From: Promineifilum sp.
GTDB taxonomy: Bacteria; Chloroflexota; Anaerolineae; Promineifilales; Promineifilaceae
Reading direction: 5' to 3'
NCBI GenBank assembly: GCA_019454405.1
Contig: JACFOH010000013.1
Span: forward strand, 5,653-69,652
DNA: 64,000 bases
Of this stretch, positions 8,918 through 19,531 are shown piece by piece (position 1 is the first letter of the stretch; every line of letters starts with the position of its first letter). The position numbers and the translations under genes were made by a program. Below the pieces are notes generated by a model. It was not told the DNA's origin. It ran no database searches and saw nothing but the letters and a program-made list of their open reading frames with translations.

Positions 8918-11257
8918 TCACTCGCTCCTGGCCAGGTAGCCGATCGCTTCCTCGCGCGCGCCGTTCATCAAGACGTTTAGCCGGGGTTTGCCCGGCAACC
9001 GGTCCAGATCGATGACCTTCAGGTAAGGCGCCAGGGCAGCGTCTTCGGGCTGTAATTCGGGCAGATAGTTCGGTGATTTATCGAAGAACTCCTGATTGAA
9101 GGTGGCGCTGTCAGGCCCGGCCCCCAGATGCAGAGCCAGGGAATGGATCCCGGCCTCGACCAGGTCCTGGAAGAAATGGGTTCCATAGGATAGCTCCGGG
9201 ATATTGCCGTTGTGGGCGACGGCCATCTCGATCAGCACCTTGGTATTGAAGATGTCGGCGTAGGTCACATGGACGCCGAGGTCAATGTTGGCGCTGCCCC
9301 ATCGTCCCGGCCCCATCAGGATGAAACGCTCATTTTCCAGATGTTTGTTAAGGCGCCCGACCGCCCGACCGATCTCATGCTTCACGATATTGTCATGAAG
9401 TCCGTAGTATGCCTGGGGCTCCACATAGGCGATGTAGCGAATACCTTCCGCCCGGCCGTCCGGCACCAGCCGGTGAGATGTAAACAGAATACGCTCCGGT
9501 GGCAGATTCCTGGGGATGGCGACGGCCCTATCCTCAGCGCGCTGGCTGAGGGGCCGGCATTGCAGGACATGTAACCGATACTCGGTCTGGGGATGGCCGG
9601 GTATGATGTCGATGGCGAACTCGGTATCGACGGGTCGCTGATAGGTGGCCTCCAGGCGTTGCAGCGATGTGCGCATCAGATCGATGAACGACCTGTCTTT
9701 GGTCAATGTGTTGAACGTCAGGATGAAATCGTCGTCGCGGCGCAATGACACCGTCGATAGTATCTCCTGCAGATAATCATCGCGGTTCACTGAGGCGATG
9801 TAGCGAATAAAAGGATACTTCTCGTCCAGAACATCATAGATATGGACCGTCTTGAAGCTGTTCTCCTCGATGTCGATCACGTCGATATACCATTGCGAAT
9901 ACTGGCGAATTGCGTGCGCGCTGGTTTCCGGTCGTAATTGGGGGTGACTCAGCGCGATGAGGCGAGGGTAATCGTTGGCGACCCGGTCGACAGCGCGGGT
10001 CCCGTACCCCCAGACCATACGCAGAAAACCATCTTCGCGCCTGATCTTGTTATTCCAGCGGAAAGGGTTCTGGCTGAAGCCGACGCCGGCCAATGTGGGG
10101 AAGTAGTAACGGCCGTAGGGTCGTCCGAGCGCCCGCTGAATCAGGATGGCCATACGCTCGTCGTAGTCGATCAGGCCGTGCCGTTGGCGATAGAGGATCG
10201 CGTCCGGATTGAGCGTGCTGGCGAACACACGCTTGATCGCCTCAAGCAAGTCTTGCAAATTCTCTTCCGGCGTGCCCTGGTTAGGGCAAAAGTAACTGTC
10301 GTATTTGCCGGCGAACGCGTAGCCGAAGTTATCTTCCAACAGACTGGACGACCGTACCACCAGCGGGCTGTCGCCCATCACCGCGAGCATCTCCTTCAGT
10401 TGATCGATGATCGCCTGAGGGAATTCCCCAGCCAGATGGGCCTCGACGATTTGCGGATACTCATCACGAATCTCCGCCAGCGGCCGGTACTTCTGATTCA
10501 TATAGTGGTCGAGGCCGTTCATCAGCCGAAATTCATAGATTACTTCCGTGCCGATGAAGTACGAATCGGGGATGGCGACATGTTTGTGGGTTTCATATTC
10601 GTCGCCCAGGTCTTGTTGCAGGATACGCCAGGCCAGCATAAGTCCGGCTGATTTGCCGCCGATCTTGCCCGTCCCGATGCGTCGCTCATAGATATACCGG
10701 AGATCGGCGATGTCGAATATTCGTTTGGCCACACCGATGTAGGGCAATTGATCGCTGACCATTCGCTTGATCAGGACGACCTTGATTTCTTCAAGATGAT
10801 GCCGGCTCTGCTCGCGCTCCTCCTCCGGCAGCTGCTCGTAGATTTCTCCCTGACGAAATAATACTTCCCAGGGTGAAAGCTCCGGATTGAAGTTAAGGCC
10901 TGACGAGACGGACGGGGAGGGCTGATTGCCAAGTTCCTCCTGGATGATCTGATCCAGGAGGACATTGCCCAGATTGGCGGCGAAGATGGCATCGGTCTGG
11001 AAATCGCGCACGCGCGCTTTTCGCAGTTGCCACACATGGGTTTCTTCCTGGCCGTAAGGGTCCGTCAGGCGTTCGTGCCGCTGCGATTCGATCGCCTTCT
11101 CCCGCACTTGCGCTTCGAAGGTGATCTCATCGATGATGCCGCGACGGAATAACTCCTGCCTCATTCGCGAGCGGATGCCGTCGGCCAGCACCGGATATTG
11201 CGCCAATCGGATATAGATGTCGATCGTGGGGGTGACGCTGCGTGGCGGGTTGGTCAT
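8918..11257 (-). CDS. PEP/pyruvate-binding (PPDK N-terminal, ATP-grasp) domain protein, paralogue 1
   Basis: IGGKS, VRSSSLLED, FAGKY, LQCRP, GPGRWGS, SYGTHFFQD; start ATG 11257 (MTNPP) aligns with paralogue 2. Confidence 0.85.
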   Translation of the reverse strand: MTNPPRSVTPTIDIYIRLAQYPVLADGIRSRMRQELFRRGIIDEITFEAQVREKAIESQRHERLTDPYGQEETHVWQLRKARVRDFQTDAIFAANLGNVLLDQIIQEELGNQPSPSVSSGLNFNPELSPWEVLFRQGEIYEQLPEEEREQSRHHLEEIKVVLIKRMVSDQLPYIGVAKRIFDIADLRYIYERRIGTGKIGGKSAGLMLAWRILQQDLGDEYETHKHVAIPDSYFIGTEVIYEFRLMNGLDHYMNQKYRPLAEIRDEYPQIVEAHLAGEFPQAIIDQLKEMLAVMGDSPLVVRSSSLLEDNFGYAFAGKYDSYFCPNQGTPEENLQDLLEAIKRVFASTLNPDAILYRQRHGLIDYDERMAILIQRALGRPYGRYYFPTLAGVGFSQNPFRWNNKIRREDGFLRMVWGYGTRAVDRVANDYPRLIALSHPQLRPETSAHAIRQYSQWYIDVIDIEENSFKTVHIYDVLDEKYPFIRYIASVNRDDYLQEILSTVSLRRDDDFILTFNTLTKDRSFIDLMRTSLQRLEATYQRPVDTEFAIDIIPGHPQTEYRLHVLQCRPLSQRAEDRAVAIPRNLPPERILFTSHRLVPDGRAEGIRYIAYVEPQAYYGLHDNIVKHEIGRAVGRLNKHLENERFILMGPGRWGSANIDLGVHVTYADIFNTKVLIEMAVAHNGNIPELSYGTHFFQDLVEAGIHSLALHLGAGPDSATFNQEFFDKSPNYLPELQPEDAALAPYLKVIDLDRLPGKPRLNVLMNGAREEAIGYLARSE

Positions 11258-11396
11258 AAGCAAGCAATCATGTCAAAGGGAGATAGCGGATTCATTTCCG
11301 ATATCTCTATTATAACAACCGTATGGGTTTGCGCGCCTAACCTTTTGCCGGTAAAACGGATCATATCACGATACGGCCTCTTTGGCCGAAGGAGCG

Positions 11397-11750
11397 ATGA
11401 GCTTGCCCACGATATTCTCTAAAATCATAAGCGGTGAACTGCCGTCAGATATCGTCTATCGCGACGACCTGGTGACCGCGTTCCGCGATATTAATCCGCT
11501 CGCGCCGACTCACATTCTGATCGTTCCCAACAAGGAAATCGCCACCGTCAATGATCTGACCGACGACGATGAGCGTATCGCCGGCCGGCTGTTTTTGGCC
11601 GCTCGCCGGATTGCCGAGCAGGAAGGCATCGCCCAGGATGGCTATCGGTTGATCGTCAACTGTAATCGTGACGGCGGCCAGGAGGTCTATCACCTCCACA
11701 TGCACTTGTTGGGCGGCCGGCCGATCGGGCCGATGGTCGTTCGCCACTGA
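11397..11750 (+). CDS. hinT: Histidine triad (HIT) nucleotide-binding protein
   Basis: [38 protein letters not shown]; AAGGAG RBS. Confidence 0.92.
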   Translation: MSLPTIFSKIISGELPSDIVYRDDLVTAFRDINPLAPTHILIVPNKEIATVNDLTDDDERIAGRLFLAARRIAEQEGIAQDGYRLIVNCNRDGGQEVYHLHMHLLGGRPIGPMVVRH

Positions 11751-11768
11751 TGTGGCAGGTCAAATAAT

Positions 11769-13340
11769 CTAGCGCGTGATGGTATTCCCCTCTTCGCGGC
11801 AGGCACATGCTTCGCGGACCATCTCGCCCCGCGTCAGGTAGCCGTCATATTCCGTGCCTGTCCCTGACGAGACCCAGCCGCTCATCACGAAGGGCAGGTC
11901 GCCATCGGCCGAGATCCAGCGTCCGTTATAGCTGCGGACGATGTGGGTATGCGTGCCGTTAGAGAAGCCTCCTTCACAGGACGGGTGGCCTAATTTGTCG
12001 CCGGTCTTCACCTCCGTGCCGGCGGCCACGCGGTCGCGGCTTTCCAGGTGCATGTAGGTGATCGCCCACCCCGTTCCGGCATAACCGTCGCCATCCAGAT
12101 CGACGACGACCGCGCCGTGCCCGCTGCGACTGACCGTGCCCGGCGCCATGGCTGTGACCCATGCGTCGCTTTGAATGCAACCGAGCAGTTCGCTCGGCGG
12201 GGCGAAGTCCAGCGCGCCCCAGGCTGAGCCGGTGTTCCAGGCGCCATGCGGGCCGCTGGTCAGATACCACGTTTCTCCCACGGCCCAGGGAAGCTCCAGC
12301 GCCGGCGATTCCAGATCGTCAGGTAGAAGGGGCTCGACAGAATAAGCGAAGGGATTGCCAAACAGCTTGTGGTAGACGGCATAGAGGCCGCCGGCGCCCG
12401 ATTCCCGTTGCCAGGACTCCAGCGTCATGCCGTCGATGGCTGCCAAATAGCGCTGGACGCCGGCCGTGCCGTCGTTGATGGTGGGCGAGAATGTGACCTG
12501 GGTGTCTGTGCCCAGATTGAACCCGCGCAAGCCGCCCTCGGACCGGCCGTAGAAGCCCAGATTGAGCAGATTGGCCGCCCAACTTAACTGACCGTATAGC
12601 CCTTGCGCTCCCATGCCCGTATAACCCATGTTAGGCGTTATTGAATCGGGCTTCTGCCTGGTGACCCAGCCCGTCCGATATTCCAGGGCCGCCAACAATA
12701 GCCGGGGATTGACGCTATGGCGATCCGCGACCAGTTGCAGGATATCCGGCCCGGCCATCATTTGCCCCTCGACTTCTTCCTGATGCTTCAGAAGATACCC
12801 GCCCAGCCCGGCCACGAAAGCCTGCGCGTCGAAATCCCGTGCTGCGGGGCCATAAACCAGCTCGCTATCGGGGATTATCTTGAAATCGGGCCCGACAGCG
12901 ACTTGAATCTCGACGCCCGGGACCAGCAATGACTGACCCACATGGATGATATCCGGGTTGGCCAGGTCATTGAGCTTCATCAATTCCTCGACCGTAGTGT
13001 CGTACCGTTGTGCCAGCGAGCCGAGCGTCTCACCGGCGGCGACTGTGTGGCTTCCGGCCGTATTGCTCGCGTCAACGGCATAATGGGCGCTGTCGGCCGT
13101 GGGCGATCCGGCATACTGGGGTGGCGGCGTGCCTAATTGAGCCGAGAGCGGCGTGCCCTCGTCGAACGGCGCCGTCCCGGCGATGACAACGCCCTCGCCG
13201 CCGGCTTGCGCCGCGGTAACCGCCTGGATAACTTGTCCGCGTTGTCCTGGCCCTGGCCGGACGCAAGCTGACAGCGTCAGGGCCGCAGCCAGGAGCGGCA
13301 AGAGGCGACGGCATCCGGATTTCAGATAGACGGTCATCAT
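11769..13340 (-). CDS. Lipoprotein with LysM and C-terminal M23-like peptidase domain
   Basis: Lipobox LSAC, LysM ([16 protein letters not shown]...IHVGQSL), M23-type H..ALD, YMHL, GTHTH; start taken at MMTVY. Confidence 0.8.
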   Translation of the reverse strand: MMTVYLKSGCRRLLPLLAAALTLSACVRPGPGQRGQVIQAVTAAQAGGEGVVIAGTAPFDEGTPLSAQLGTPPPQYAGSPTADSAHYAVDASNTAGSHTVAAGETLGSLAQRYDTTVEELMKLNDLANPDIIHVGQSLLVPGVEIQVAVGPDFKIIPDSELVYGPAARDFDAQAFVAGLGGYLLKHQEEVEGQMMAGPDILQLVADRHSVNPRLLLAALEYRTGWVTRQKPDSITPNMGYTGMGAQGLYGQLSWAANLLNLGFYGRSEGGLRGFNLGTDTQVTFSPTINDGTAGVQRYLAAIDGMTLESWQRESGAGGLYAVYHKLFGNPFAYSVEPLLPDDLESPALELPWAVGETWYLTSGPHGAWNTGSAWGALDFAPPSELLGCIQSDAWVTAMAPGTVSRSGHGAVVVDLDGDGYAGTGWAITYMHLESRDRVAAGTEVKTGDKLGHPSCEGGFSNGTHTHIVRSYNGRWISADGDLPFVMSGWVSSGTGTEYDGYLTRGEMVREACACREEGNTITR

Positions 13341-13388
13341 AGAGGGATTGTATCCTCGCCGGCGGCGCTTGGCACCTGTCGTCGGTTG

Positions 13389-14099
13389 ATGGGGGACGAT
13401 GATCGTGGTATTACTCGGCTTGTGGAACCTGAAAGCCAGACTCTCCAGCCTGCGCAGCGCATGCGAATTACCCTCGCCAAGGGAGGGGCGGCGCGGTTCA
13501 TCAGCCATCTGGACGTGACGCGAGCCTTGGAGCGCGCGTTCAATCGGGCGGCTTTGCCGTTGGCTTATAGCCAGGGGTTCAATCGCCGGCCCAGGCTCTC
13601 ATTAGCCGCGGCGTTGCCTCTGGGCTACACCAGCGAGGCCGAGATTGCCGACGTATGGCTGGTTGAGCCGTTGGCCCCCCAGAATTTCCTGGAGCAATTA
13701 TCGCCCATGATGCCGCCCGGGATTACGGTAGTATCGGCCGCTGAGGTGCCGTTGGCCGCGCCATCTCTTCAGCAACAACTGGCAGAATCGATCTATGTAG
13801 TCCGGTTTATGAACCAGATAGATCCGGCCGAGCTGGAGGCGCGTGTTGGATCGATGATGGCTGCCGGCTCGCTTATCTACGAGCGGACGCGAGCAAAGGC
13901 GAAACGGCCGCAACCGATAGATCTTCGCCCGCTTATTCTGGATATGCGGGTTGATTCGCGTGAAGAGGGCGCCCCGGTTCTGCACTTGCGGCTGGTTCAT
14001 ACCGCCACACAAACCGGCAAGCCCGATGATGTGTTGGCTGCGATGGGTATCGATCCGCTGGATACTTATATCCATCGCACGGCAGTGCGACTGGTATGA
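13389..14099 (+). CDS. Radical SAM-associated protein (DUF2344/TIGR03936-like)
   Basis: RFISHLD...[32 protein letters not shown] signature; start uncertain. Confidence 0.85.
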   Translation: MGDDDRGITRLVEPESQTLQPAQRMRITLAKGGAARFISHLDVTRALERAFNRAALPLAYSQGFNRRPRLSLAAALPLGYTSEAEIADVWLVEPLAPQNFLEQLSPMMPPGITVVSAAEVPLAAPSLQQQLAESIYVVRFMNQIDPAELEARVGSMMAAGSLIYERTRAKAKRPQPIDLRPLILDMRVDSREEGAPVLHLRLVHTATQTGKPDDVLAAMGIDPLDTYIHRTAVRLV

Positions 14100-14133
14100 G
14101 CAGGGTAGCAAGCGTTGACGTACTCTGCTTGCG

Positions 14134-15822
14134 TTACCGACTCTTGCCGCTGCCGAACAGCGATCCCGTTGAGAACGCTTCGCCTACGTCGCTTAATCGC
14201 GTCCCTTCCCACGTGCAATTCCGGCAGCGATACCGGTAGGCGGGAATTCCGAGGGCGTTGAGCAAACGTTGTCCCGGACGGCGACTGATGCGCATCAACT
14301 CTCGCTGACCGCATTGAGGGCACCCGCTTTCCATGCGCAGCTGATTGTTATTGAGGATGAGCAATCGCGCCGTCATCACCAATAACAGGAGAACAGCCAG
14401 TCCGAGCAACCAGTAGCTTAACAGTCGATACCCGTTACCGAAGGCCAGGGACGCTAACAGGGGCGTCATGTCATAAAGGACGGACGCCTGTCCCCGGTCG
14501 GTGTCCAGCAAGAAGACGACCGGTTCAGATGGCCGGTTTGTCCTAAAGGTCAGGGAAACCGGCGTATCCGTCCGGCCGGTAACGTCGATCGATTGATTCG
14601 CACTATTGGTAATGAATTGGGCTTCATAGGCGCCGGGCGCGGAGATATGCCGCACTTGTTGATATAGCCCGCCACTAAGCTGTTCTAATTGCGAGCTGGC
14701 ATCGTTCTCGTCCCAAAACTGGAAATTGCCGATAACTCGAAAATCGTTTGCGTCATCGATGACGTTGACGATATAGGGCGCCGCGCCGAAAAGCGCCGTG
14801 CCTCGCCCCATCGTATCGAAGACGAAAGTTACCTGTTGATTAGGCTGAGTGGTCTTCAGCCAGGCGGCCGTCGCCGGATAGGAAAGGTCAGGATTATCGC
14901 AGTCGCTTACCTGGAAGTTATAGGTGCCGGGTTGAGCGACGGTGTAGTTGAGAGAGAATACCCTGTCGCCGGCCAGAATATCGCCCTGGTTCCCGCTGTC
15001 TGCCAACTTTAAACGGTCGCCCGCGCCCAGGAAGTCGCCGTCGACGCACCAGTTGCCGCTGCCGGATTTTGGCGGGATGGCGGCATAGGGCGCGGCCGGC
15101 TTAGCCAATGTAGCTGAGTTCATGGCCACACGAATAAAAGGGTTGACGAAGAAGGTTATCGCTGCCAACCCGAGGAGGAGCAGGCTGGTCAGGAGAAGCC
15201 CCGACGTCCACCGGCTCTTCTTGCCCGCTTTCGAGGTAGCCACCAGCCGGCCGTGGACGTAAGCGCTGTCCACAGCCGTTGAAGTTGGCTCGAAGTATTC
15301 TGATCGCGCCCTGCTCGGGTGCGCTGCTGCGGCGCTGAGGTCGATATGATCGTGCTCTGCCGGCCTGGGCGACGGTGATTTTCTCGCAGAAATGTCAGAT
15401 TGGCTTTGTGTGGCGCTGCCATCCGTGAAGAGCGCCTGAACCCACGCTTCAGGCTGGTTATCGCCTGACTGCACGCCCGTATGCTCTTCAGCACTGATCG
15501 GGTGTGGGGTGTGTGTCGATTCGGTGACCTCAGATGATGGCTCGCCGGTGTGCGCTGGCTTGGTTGTTGATTCGGGAGCCGGCGCGACTCCGGTTTGTTG
15601 TTCCGCCTTTTCCTCGAATAGGTTATCCTTTCCTTGCAAGGCGAGAGAATCGCGCAAAATCTCGGGGGTCAGTGGGCCCGTCTCGAGCCATGAAGGCTTG
15701 AAGCCTGAAGTTTCAATGAAACCGGGAGATTTCCTCTTTTTTGGGGGACCGGATTGCGTTGTCTGGTCTGCCGGTTCCTTGTGGTTTTTGGACTCGTCGG
15801 CCGATGACTGATTGGTACTCAT
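14134..15822 (-). CDS. 2-TM membrane protein with disordered N-terminus, extracellular beta-rich domains and C-terminal Zn ribbon
   Basis: Two TM segments flank about 230 aa of beta-rich sequence; C-terminal CPQC...YRYRCRNC. Confidence 0.75.
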   Translation of the reverse strand: MSTNQSSADESKNHKEPADQTTQSGPPKKRKSPGFIETSGFKPSWLETGPLTPEILRDSLALQGKDNLFEEKAEQQTGVAPAPESTTKPAHTGEPSSEVTESTHTPHPISAEEHTGVQSGDNQPEAWVQALFTDGSATQSQSDISARKSPSPRPAEHDHIDLSAAAAHPSRARSEYFEPTSTAVDSAYVHGRLVATSKAGKKSRWTSGLLLTSLLLLGLAAITFFVNPFIRVAMNSATLAKPAAPYAAIPPKSGSGNWCVDGDFLGAGDRLKLADSGNQGDILAGDRVFSLNYTVAQPGTYNFQVSDCDNPDLSYPATAAWLKTTQPNQQVTFVFDTMGRGTALFGAAPYIVNVIDDANDFRVIGNFQFWDENDASSQLEQLSGGLYQQVRHISAPGAYEAQFITNSANQSIDVTGRTDTPVSLTFRTNRPSEPVVFLLDTDRGQASVLYDMTPLLASLAFGNGYRLLSYWLLGLAVLLLLVMTARLLILNNNQLRMESGCPQCGQRELMRISRRPGQRLLNALGIPAYRYRCRNCTWEGTRLSDVGEAFSTGSLFGSGKSR

Positions 15823-16082
15823 GTATAATATCGTCCTGCTTAGCCATACGGAAAATGTGAATGGCTAACAAGCAGCTCCACGCCACACTAAAGAATAACA
15901 CCGAGCGTAGGAAGGGGAACGGTTGTTGCGTAAATATTGAGTAAATTATAAGCAAAGGACGAACAAGTCTCTATGGGTAAAATTGTCCAACACCTGTTGT
16001 GGATTTCAGGCACTTGATGACAAGCGCCTGATTCCGTCCCCTGGTTCTTAATGGATTCCAGGATATTGATGACATTTAGTCG

Positions 16083-17129
16083 ATGAATAAGTCGTATTAC
16101 GAAAAGCTGTTCTTTCCTGCGATCCGGCATCTCGATCCGGAGATGGCTCACGATCGCACCTTGAACGCGCTGGAGTTAGCGCAATCCAACTCTCTTGGCC
16201 GGGCCATGCTGCGGTCTATCGCCGGAGAGGTCCCGGTTCAGCCGGTTCAGGTTGGCCGTCTCCATTTCCCTAATCCGCTCGGCATCGCCGCCGGCTTCGA
16301 CAAGGACGCGCGGGTGGTTCGCGGCCTGGCGCTGCTCGGCTTTGGCCATATCGAGGTGGGCACGCTGACGCCGCGGCCGCAACCGGGCAACCCTCGACCA
16401 CGCATATTCCGCTTGCCGGCCGATGGCGCCGTCATCAACCGGATGGGTTTTCCCAACGGCGGGGTTGCCGCTGCTGTTCCCCGCCTGCGAGCGTTGGCCG
16501 AGCATCCTCATGATTTCGTGCTCGGCGTCAGCCTGGGGAAACAAAAGGAGACGCCCCTGGCGGATGCAGCCGGTGATTACATCGCGGTTATGCGAGCGGT
16601 TCACGCCTATGCCGACTATCTGGCGGTAAACATCAGTTCCCCTAATACGCCCGGCTTGCGGGAGCTTCAAGGCGGCCGTTATCTGGAGCGGTTGCTTGGG
16701 GCGCTCGTCGCCGAGAACCGTGGATTGGCGGCCGCGGATAAACCTTCTCCACCTTTATGGGTCAAGGTCGCGCCCGATCTTGAGCCACGAGAGGTCGACG
16801 AAATTATGGAGGCGTTGGTCGCAACGGGCGTCGACGGGATTATCGTTGCCAATACCACCCTGGCCCGCGATGGGTTGGCTGACCAGGCCCAGTCGGAAGC
16901 AGGCGGCCTCAGCGGTCGACCACTCCGCGAGCGAGCGACGGAACTCATTGGCTATATCCATCAGCAAATGGGGGACGCGTTGCCTATCATCGGTGTTGGC
17001 GGGGTTGGTTCCGCCGCTGAAGCGCGGGAGAAGCTGGACGCCGGCGCGACCGTTGTCCAGATTTACACGAGCATGATCTACGGCGGCCCCGGCCTGCCCG
17101 GTCGTATCCTGCGCGACCTGGCCGGATGA
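16083..17129 (+). CDS. pyrD: Quinone-dependent dihydroorotate dehydrogenase (class 2)
   Basis: DPEMAH, AAGFDK, GNPRPRIFRL, NISSPNTPGLR, KVAPD, GGLSG. Confidence 0.95.
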   Translation: MNKSYYEKLFFPAIRHLDPEMAHDRTLNALELAQSNSLGRAMLRSIAGEVPVQPVQVGRLHFPNPLGIAAGFDKDARVVRGLALLGFGHIEVGTLTPRPQPGNPRPRIFRLPADGAVINRMGFPNGGVAAAVPRLRALAEHPHDFVLGVSLGKQKETPLADAAGDYIAVMRAVHAYADYLAVNISSPNTPGLRELQGGRYLERLLGALVAENRGLAAADKPSPPLWVKVAPDLEPREVDEIMEALVATGVDGIIVANTTLARDGLADQAQSEAGGLSGRPLRERATELIGYIHQQMGDALPIIGVGGVGSAAEAREKLDAGATVVQIYTSMIYGGPGLPGRILRDLAG

Positions 17130-17219
17130 GTACCATCCAACCCAACGTCAACCCCACCCAATGCCCATAATTTCCTGTCGCCATTTAGCCGAACGAACCA
17201 GCTGCGGTATAATTTGCCC

Positions 17220-17519
17220 ATGTCATTTCATGACCCTCGGCCACAGTCTCGTCTCGAAGCCACAGTATTTGGTCTGGTGCAAGGCGTTTTTTTCCGGCAA
17301 TCAACGCAACGCGAGGCGAGCCGCCTGGCCCTCGTAGGGTGGGTGGCCAATCAACCTGACGGCACGGTACGAGTCGTCGCTGAGGGCGATGAGAACATAC
17401 TCCGGCAATTGCTCGATTACCTTCATCGCGGCCCTTCCGGGGCGCGAGTCGAGCGCGTTGAGGCGAATTGGGCGGAGGCTACCGGAGAATTCACTGGTTT
17501 CCGGGTCCGATATCTATGA
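17220..17519 (+). CDS. acyP: Acylphosphatase
   Basis: GLVQGVFFR, GWVANQPDGTV; TATAAT 6 nt upstream of ATG. Confidence 0.93.
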   Translation: MSFHDPRPQSRLEATVFGLVQGVFFRQSTQREASRLALVGWVANQPDGTVRVVAEGDENILRQLLDYLHRGPSGARVERVEANWAEATGEFTGFRVRYL

Positions 17520-18787
17520 TTAAATTGAATCGGGATAGCCGGCAATGGTTGGCCTGGATGATCCTGATCGGCGGCTTTTTTAGCTGTGTTCTCCTCAGCA
17601 TAGCCGTGCCGGTGCTGGCCAACGCCTTCCTGCAAAACTCCACTGAATCGCTCAACCTTGCCGTGCAGGCTAACCAGGGCACGGTTGGCATTGAGGAGGG
17701 CGGCGGCCCACGGCGCGCCGTGCTCGTCGGCGAGCCGGCCATGTCTATCGGCGATCGGACGACGATCAGGACCGACACGACCGCCTCGGCGTTGATGACC
17801 GTCACGCCGCCCGATCAGCAATCGACCCTGGCTATCTTGCAGGTTTCCAGTAATTCAACGGTTCTGCTTGGCGAGGCCACGACCCCGCGCTTCAGGGTTA
17901 GCGATCACCCCCATCGACTGGCGGTTGATTTGCAGGCCGGCCGGGTGCGTGTCGATGTTCCTGTCCTGGCCCAGCGTTCGCTGGACCTGACGGTGACGAC
18001 TCCCCAGGGTGGAACTATCGACGTACATGATCCGGGCCGCTATGTATTCGAGGTCAGCAACGATGCGACCCAGGTATCGGTGCAGATTGCGGGTAAGGCT
18101 TCAGTCGCCGCCAATGGCGGCCGTATGGAAATTGGCCCGGGCCAACGAGTCGAGATATTGCCGGAGGCTCCTCCCAGCGGGCCGCTTGATCCGGCTCGTG
18201 ATCTCATTCGCAACGGTGATTTCAGCGACGGGCTTGATAACTGGGCCGTGTTCTCCTGGCGCGTCGAGTTGCCCGATCAACCGGCGGGGTCGACGTCTGT
18301 TCTGCCCAATGGCGGCGATCCATTCCTGCGCTTCAAGCGCGAGGGGACCGGCCATGCCGACGTGCGGGCCACGCAATCCATTAACCAGGATGTGTCCGGT
18401 TACGAGTCGTTGCGGTTGTCGGCGACACTGCGCATTGTTGAGCAAAGCCTCGGCGTGTGTGGCATCCAGGGTAGCGAATGCCCCCTGTTTTTCATCGTCA
18501 ATTACATCGACGATAGCGGCGTCAGCCGGGTTTGGCAGCACGGCTTTTTCGCCAGTGGGACCGTGGATGATAATCTAACGCCGGGCGCCTGCATCTCTTG
18601 CGCGGTCGTGCAACGCCCTCATGAGCAGGTGCCGTTGGGCCAGATCTATTTCTATGAGACGGATTTGATCCAGGAGTTGGCCAGCCAGGGAGCCTTGCCG
18701 CCCAGATATATTGAAAACGTGACCATCGTCGGGTCGGGGCACTCGTTCACCACGGATATTCTGGATGTGGCTCTGATCGTCGAATAG
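17516..18787 (+). CDS. Single-TM protein with FecR-like beta domain and C-terminal carbohydrate-binding-like domain
   Basis: ATGA overlap with acyP; TM, FecR-like strands (LQAGRVRV, VTTPQG, TQVSV), LIRNGDFSDGLDNW typical of CBM4/9-type jelly rolls. Confidence 0.6.
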   Translation: MIKLNRDSRQWLAWMILIGGFFSCVLLSIAVPVLANAFLQNSTESLNLAVQANQGTVGIEEGGGPRRAVLVGEPAMSIGDRTTIRTDTTASALMTVTPPDQQSTLAILQVSSNSTVLLGEATTPRFRVSDHPHRLAVDLQAGRVRVDVPVLAQRSLDLTVTTPQGGTIDVHDPGRYVFEVSNDATQVSVQIAGKASVAANGGRMEIGPGQRVEILPEAPPSGPLDPARDLIRNGDFSDGLDNWAVFSWRVELPDQPAGSTSVLPNGGDPFLRFKREGTGHADVRATQSINQDVSGYESLRLSATLRIVEQSLGVCGIQGSECPLFFIVNYIDDSGVSRVWQHGFFASGTVDDNLTPGACISCAVVQRPHEQVPLGQIYFYETDLIQELASQGALPPRYIENVTIVGSGHSFTTDILDVALIVE

Positions 18788-18796
18788 GTTGGCGAT

Positions 18797-19513
18797 TCAA
18801 CGCTCGAATGCGAGTCCCCTTTGCTTTAGCGATACAAACCGATTACGACCGATCACGATATGGTCCAGCACGTCGATGTTGAGCAGCTTGCCGGCCTCGA
18901 TGATCTGCCGGGTCACATTGATATCCTCCGGCGAGGGAGAGGGATCGCCCGACGGATGGTTGTGCGCCACGATGAACGCGGCCGCATTCTCGCGGATGGC
19001 TGCCCGGAAGAGTTCGCCCACCCGAATGACCGAGGTGTTCAGGCTGCCCTGGTAGATCGTTGGAGTGCGCAGAACCCGGTTGCGCGTATCCAGCAGAATC
19101 AGACGCAGGTGCTCCTGTTCGAGAAACATCATCTCGGATTTCAGCAGGTGGAAGGCGTCATCGGGCGAGGAGACGCGCGGACGTTCTTCGGGCGCGCTGG
19201 CCACCAATCGGCGCCCAAGCTCCAGCGCCGCCTTGATCTCGGCCGCCTTGGCTTCGCCTACTCCCTTGGCGGTCGTCAGCTCGGTGATCGTCGCTTGCGC
19301 CAGGCCGGGCAAATGGTCGAACTCTATGAGCAAGCGCTCGGCCATGCGCAGCACGCTCTCCCCTTGCGTTCCGTTACGCAGGACAATCGCCAGAAGCTCA
19401 GCCGTTGAGAGGACTTCTGCCCCCACTTTCGTCAGCCGCTCTCTTGGCCGATCGTGCTCGGCCATGTCCCGGATCATCGGGACATATCGGATGGGTTGTT
19501 GTTCCGCGTCCAT
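18797..19513 (-). CDS. radC: RadC/JAB domain protein
   Basis: [42 protein letters not shown]. Confidence 0.95.
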   Translation of the reverse strand: MDAEQQPIRYVPMIRDMAEHDRPRERLTKVGAEVLSTAELLAIVLRNGTQGESVLRMAERLLIEFDHLPGLAQATITELTTAKGVGEAKAAEIKAALELGRRLVASAPEERPRVSSPDDAFHLLKSEMMFLEQEHLRLILLDTRNRVLRTPTIYQGSLNTSVIRVGELFRAAIRENAAAFIVAHNHPSGDPSPSPEDINVTRQIIEAGKLLNIDVLDHIVIGRNRFVSLKQRGLAFER

Positions 19514-19531
19514 ACGATCCTCAGATAACAA

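Noticed and set aside
13341-13508. Extended N-termini in the ORF track causing overlaps (also hutH 46452, recF 61353, 38287, 17468)
   Set aside because: Downstream starts fit the domain boundaries and promoter or RBS positions better
15823-16082. AT-rich intergenic region with DnaA-box-like TGTGGATTT
   Set aside because: Only degenerate matches, no cluster and no dnaA; explained as divergent promoters
18797-19513. radC as a marker of a mobile element
   Set aside because: Full-length chromosomal type with the N-terminal HhH region; no integrase or transposase nearby
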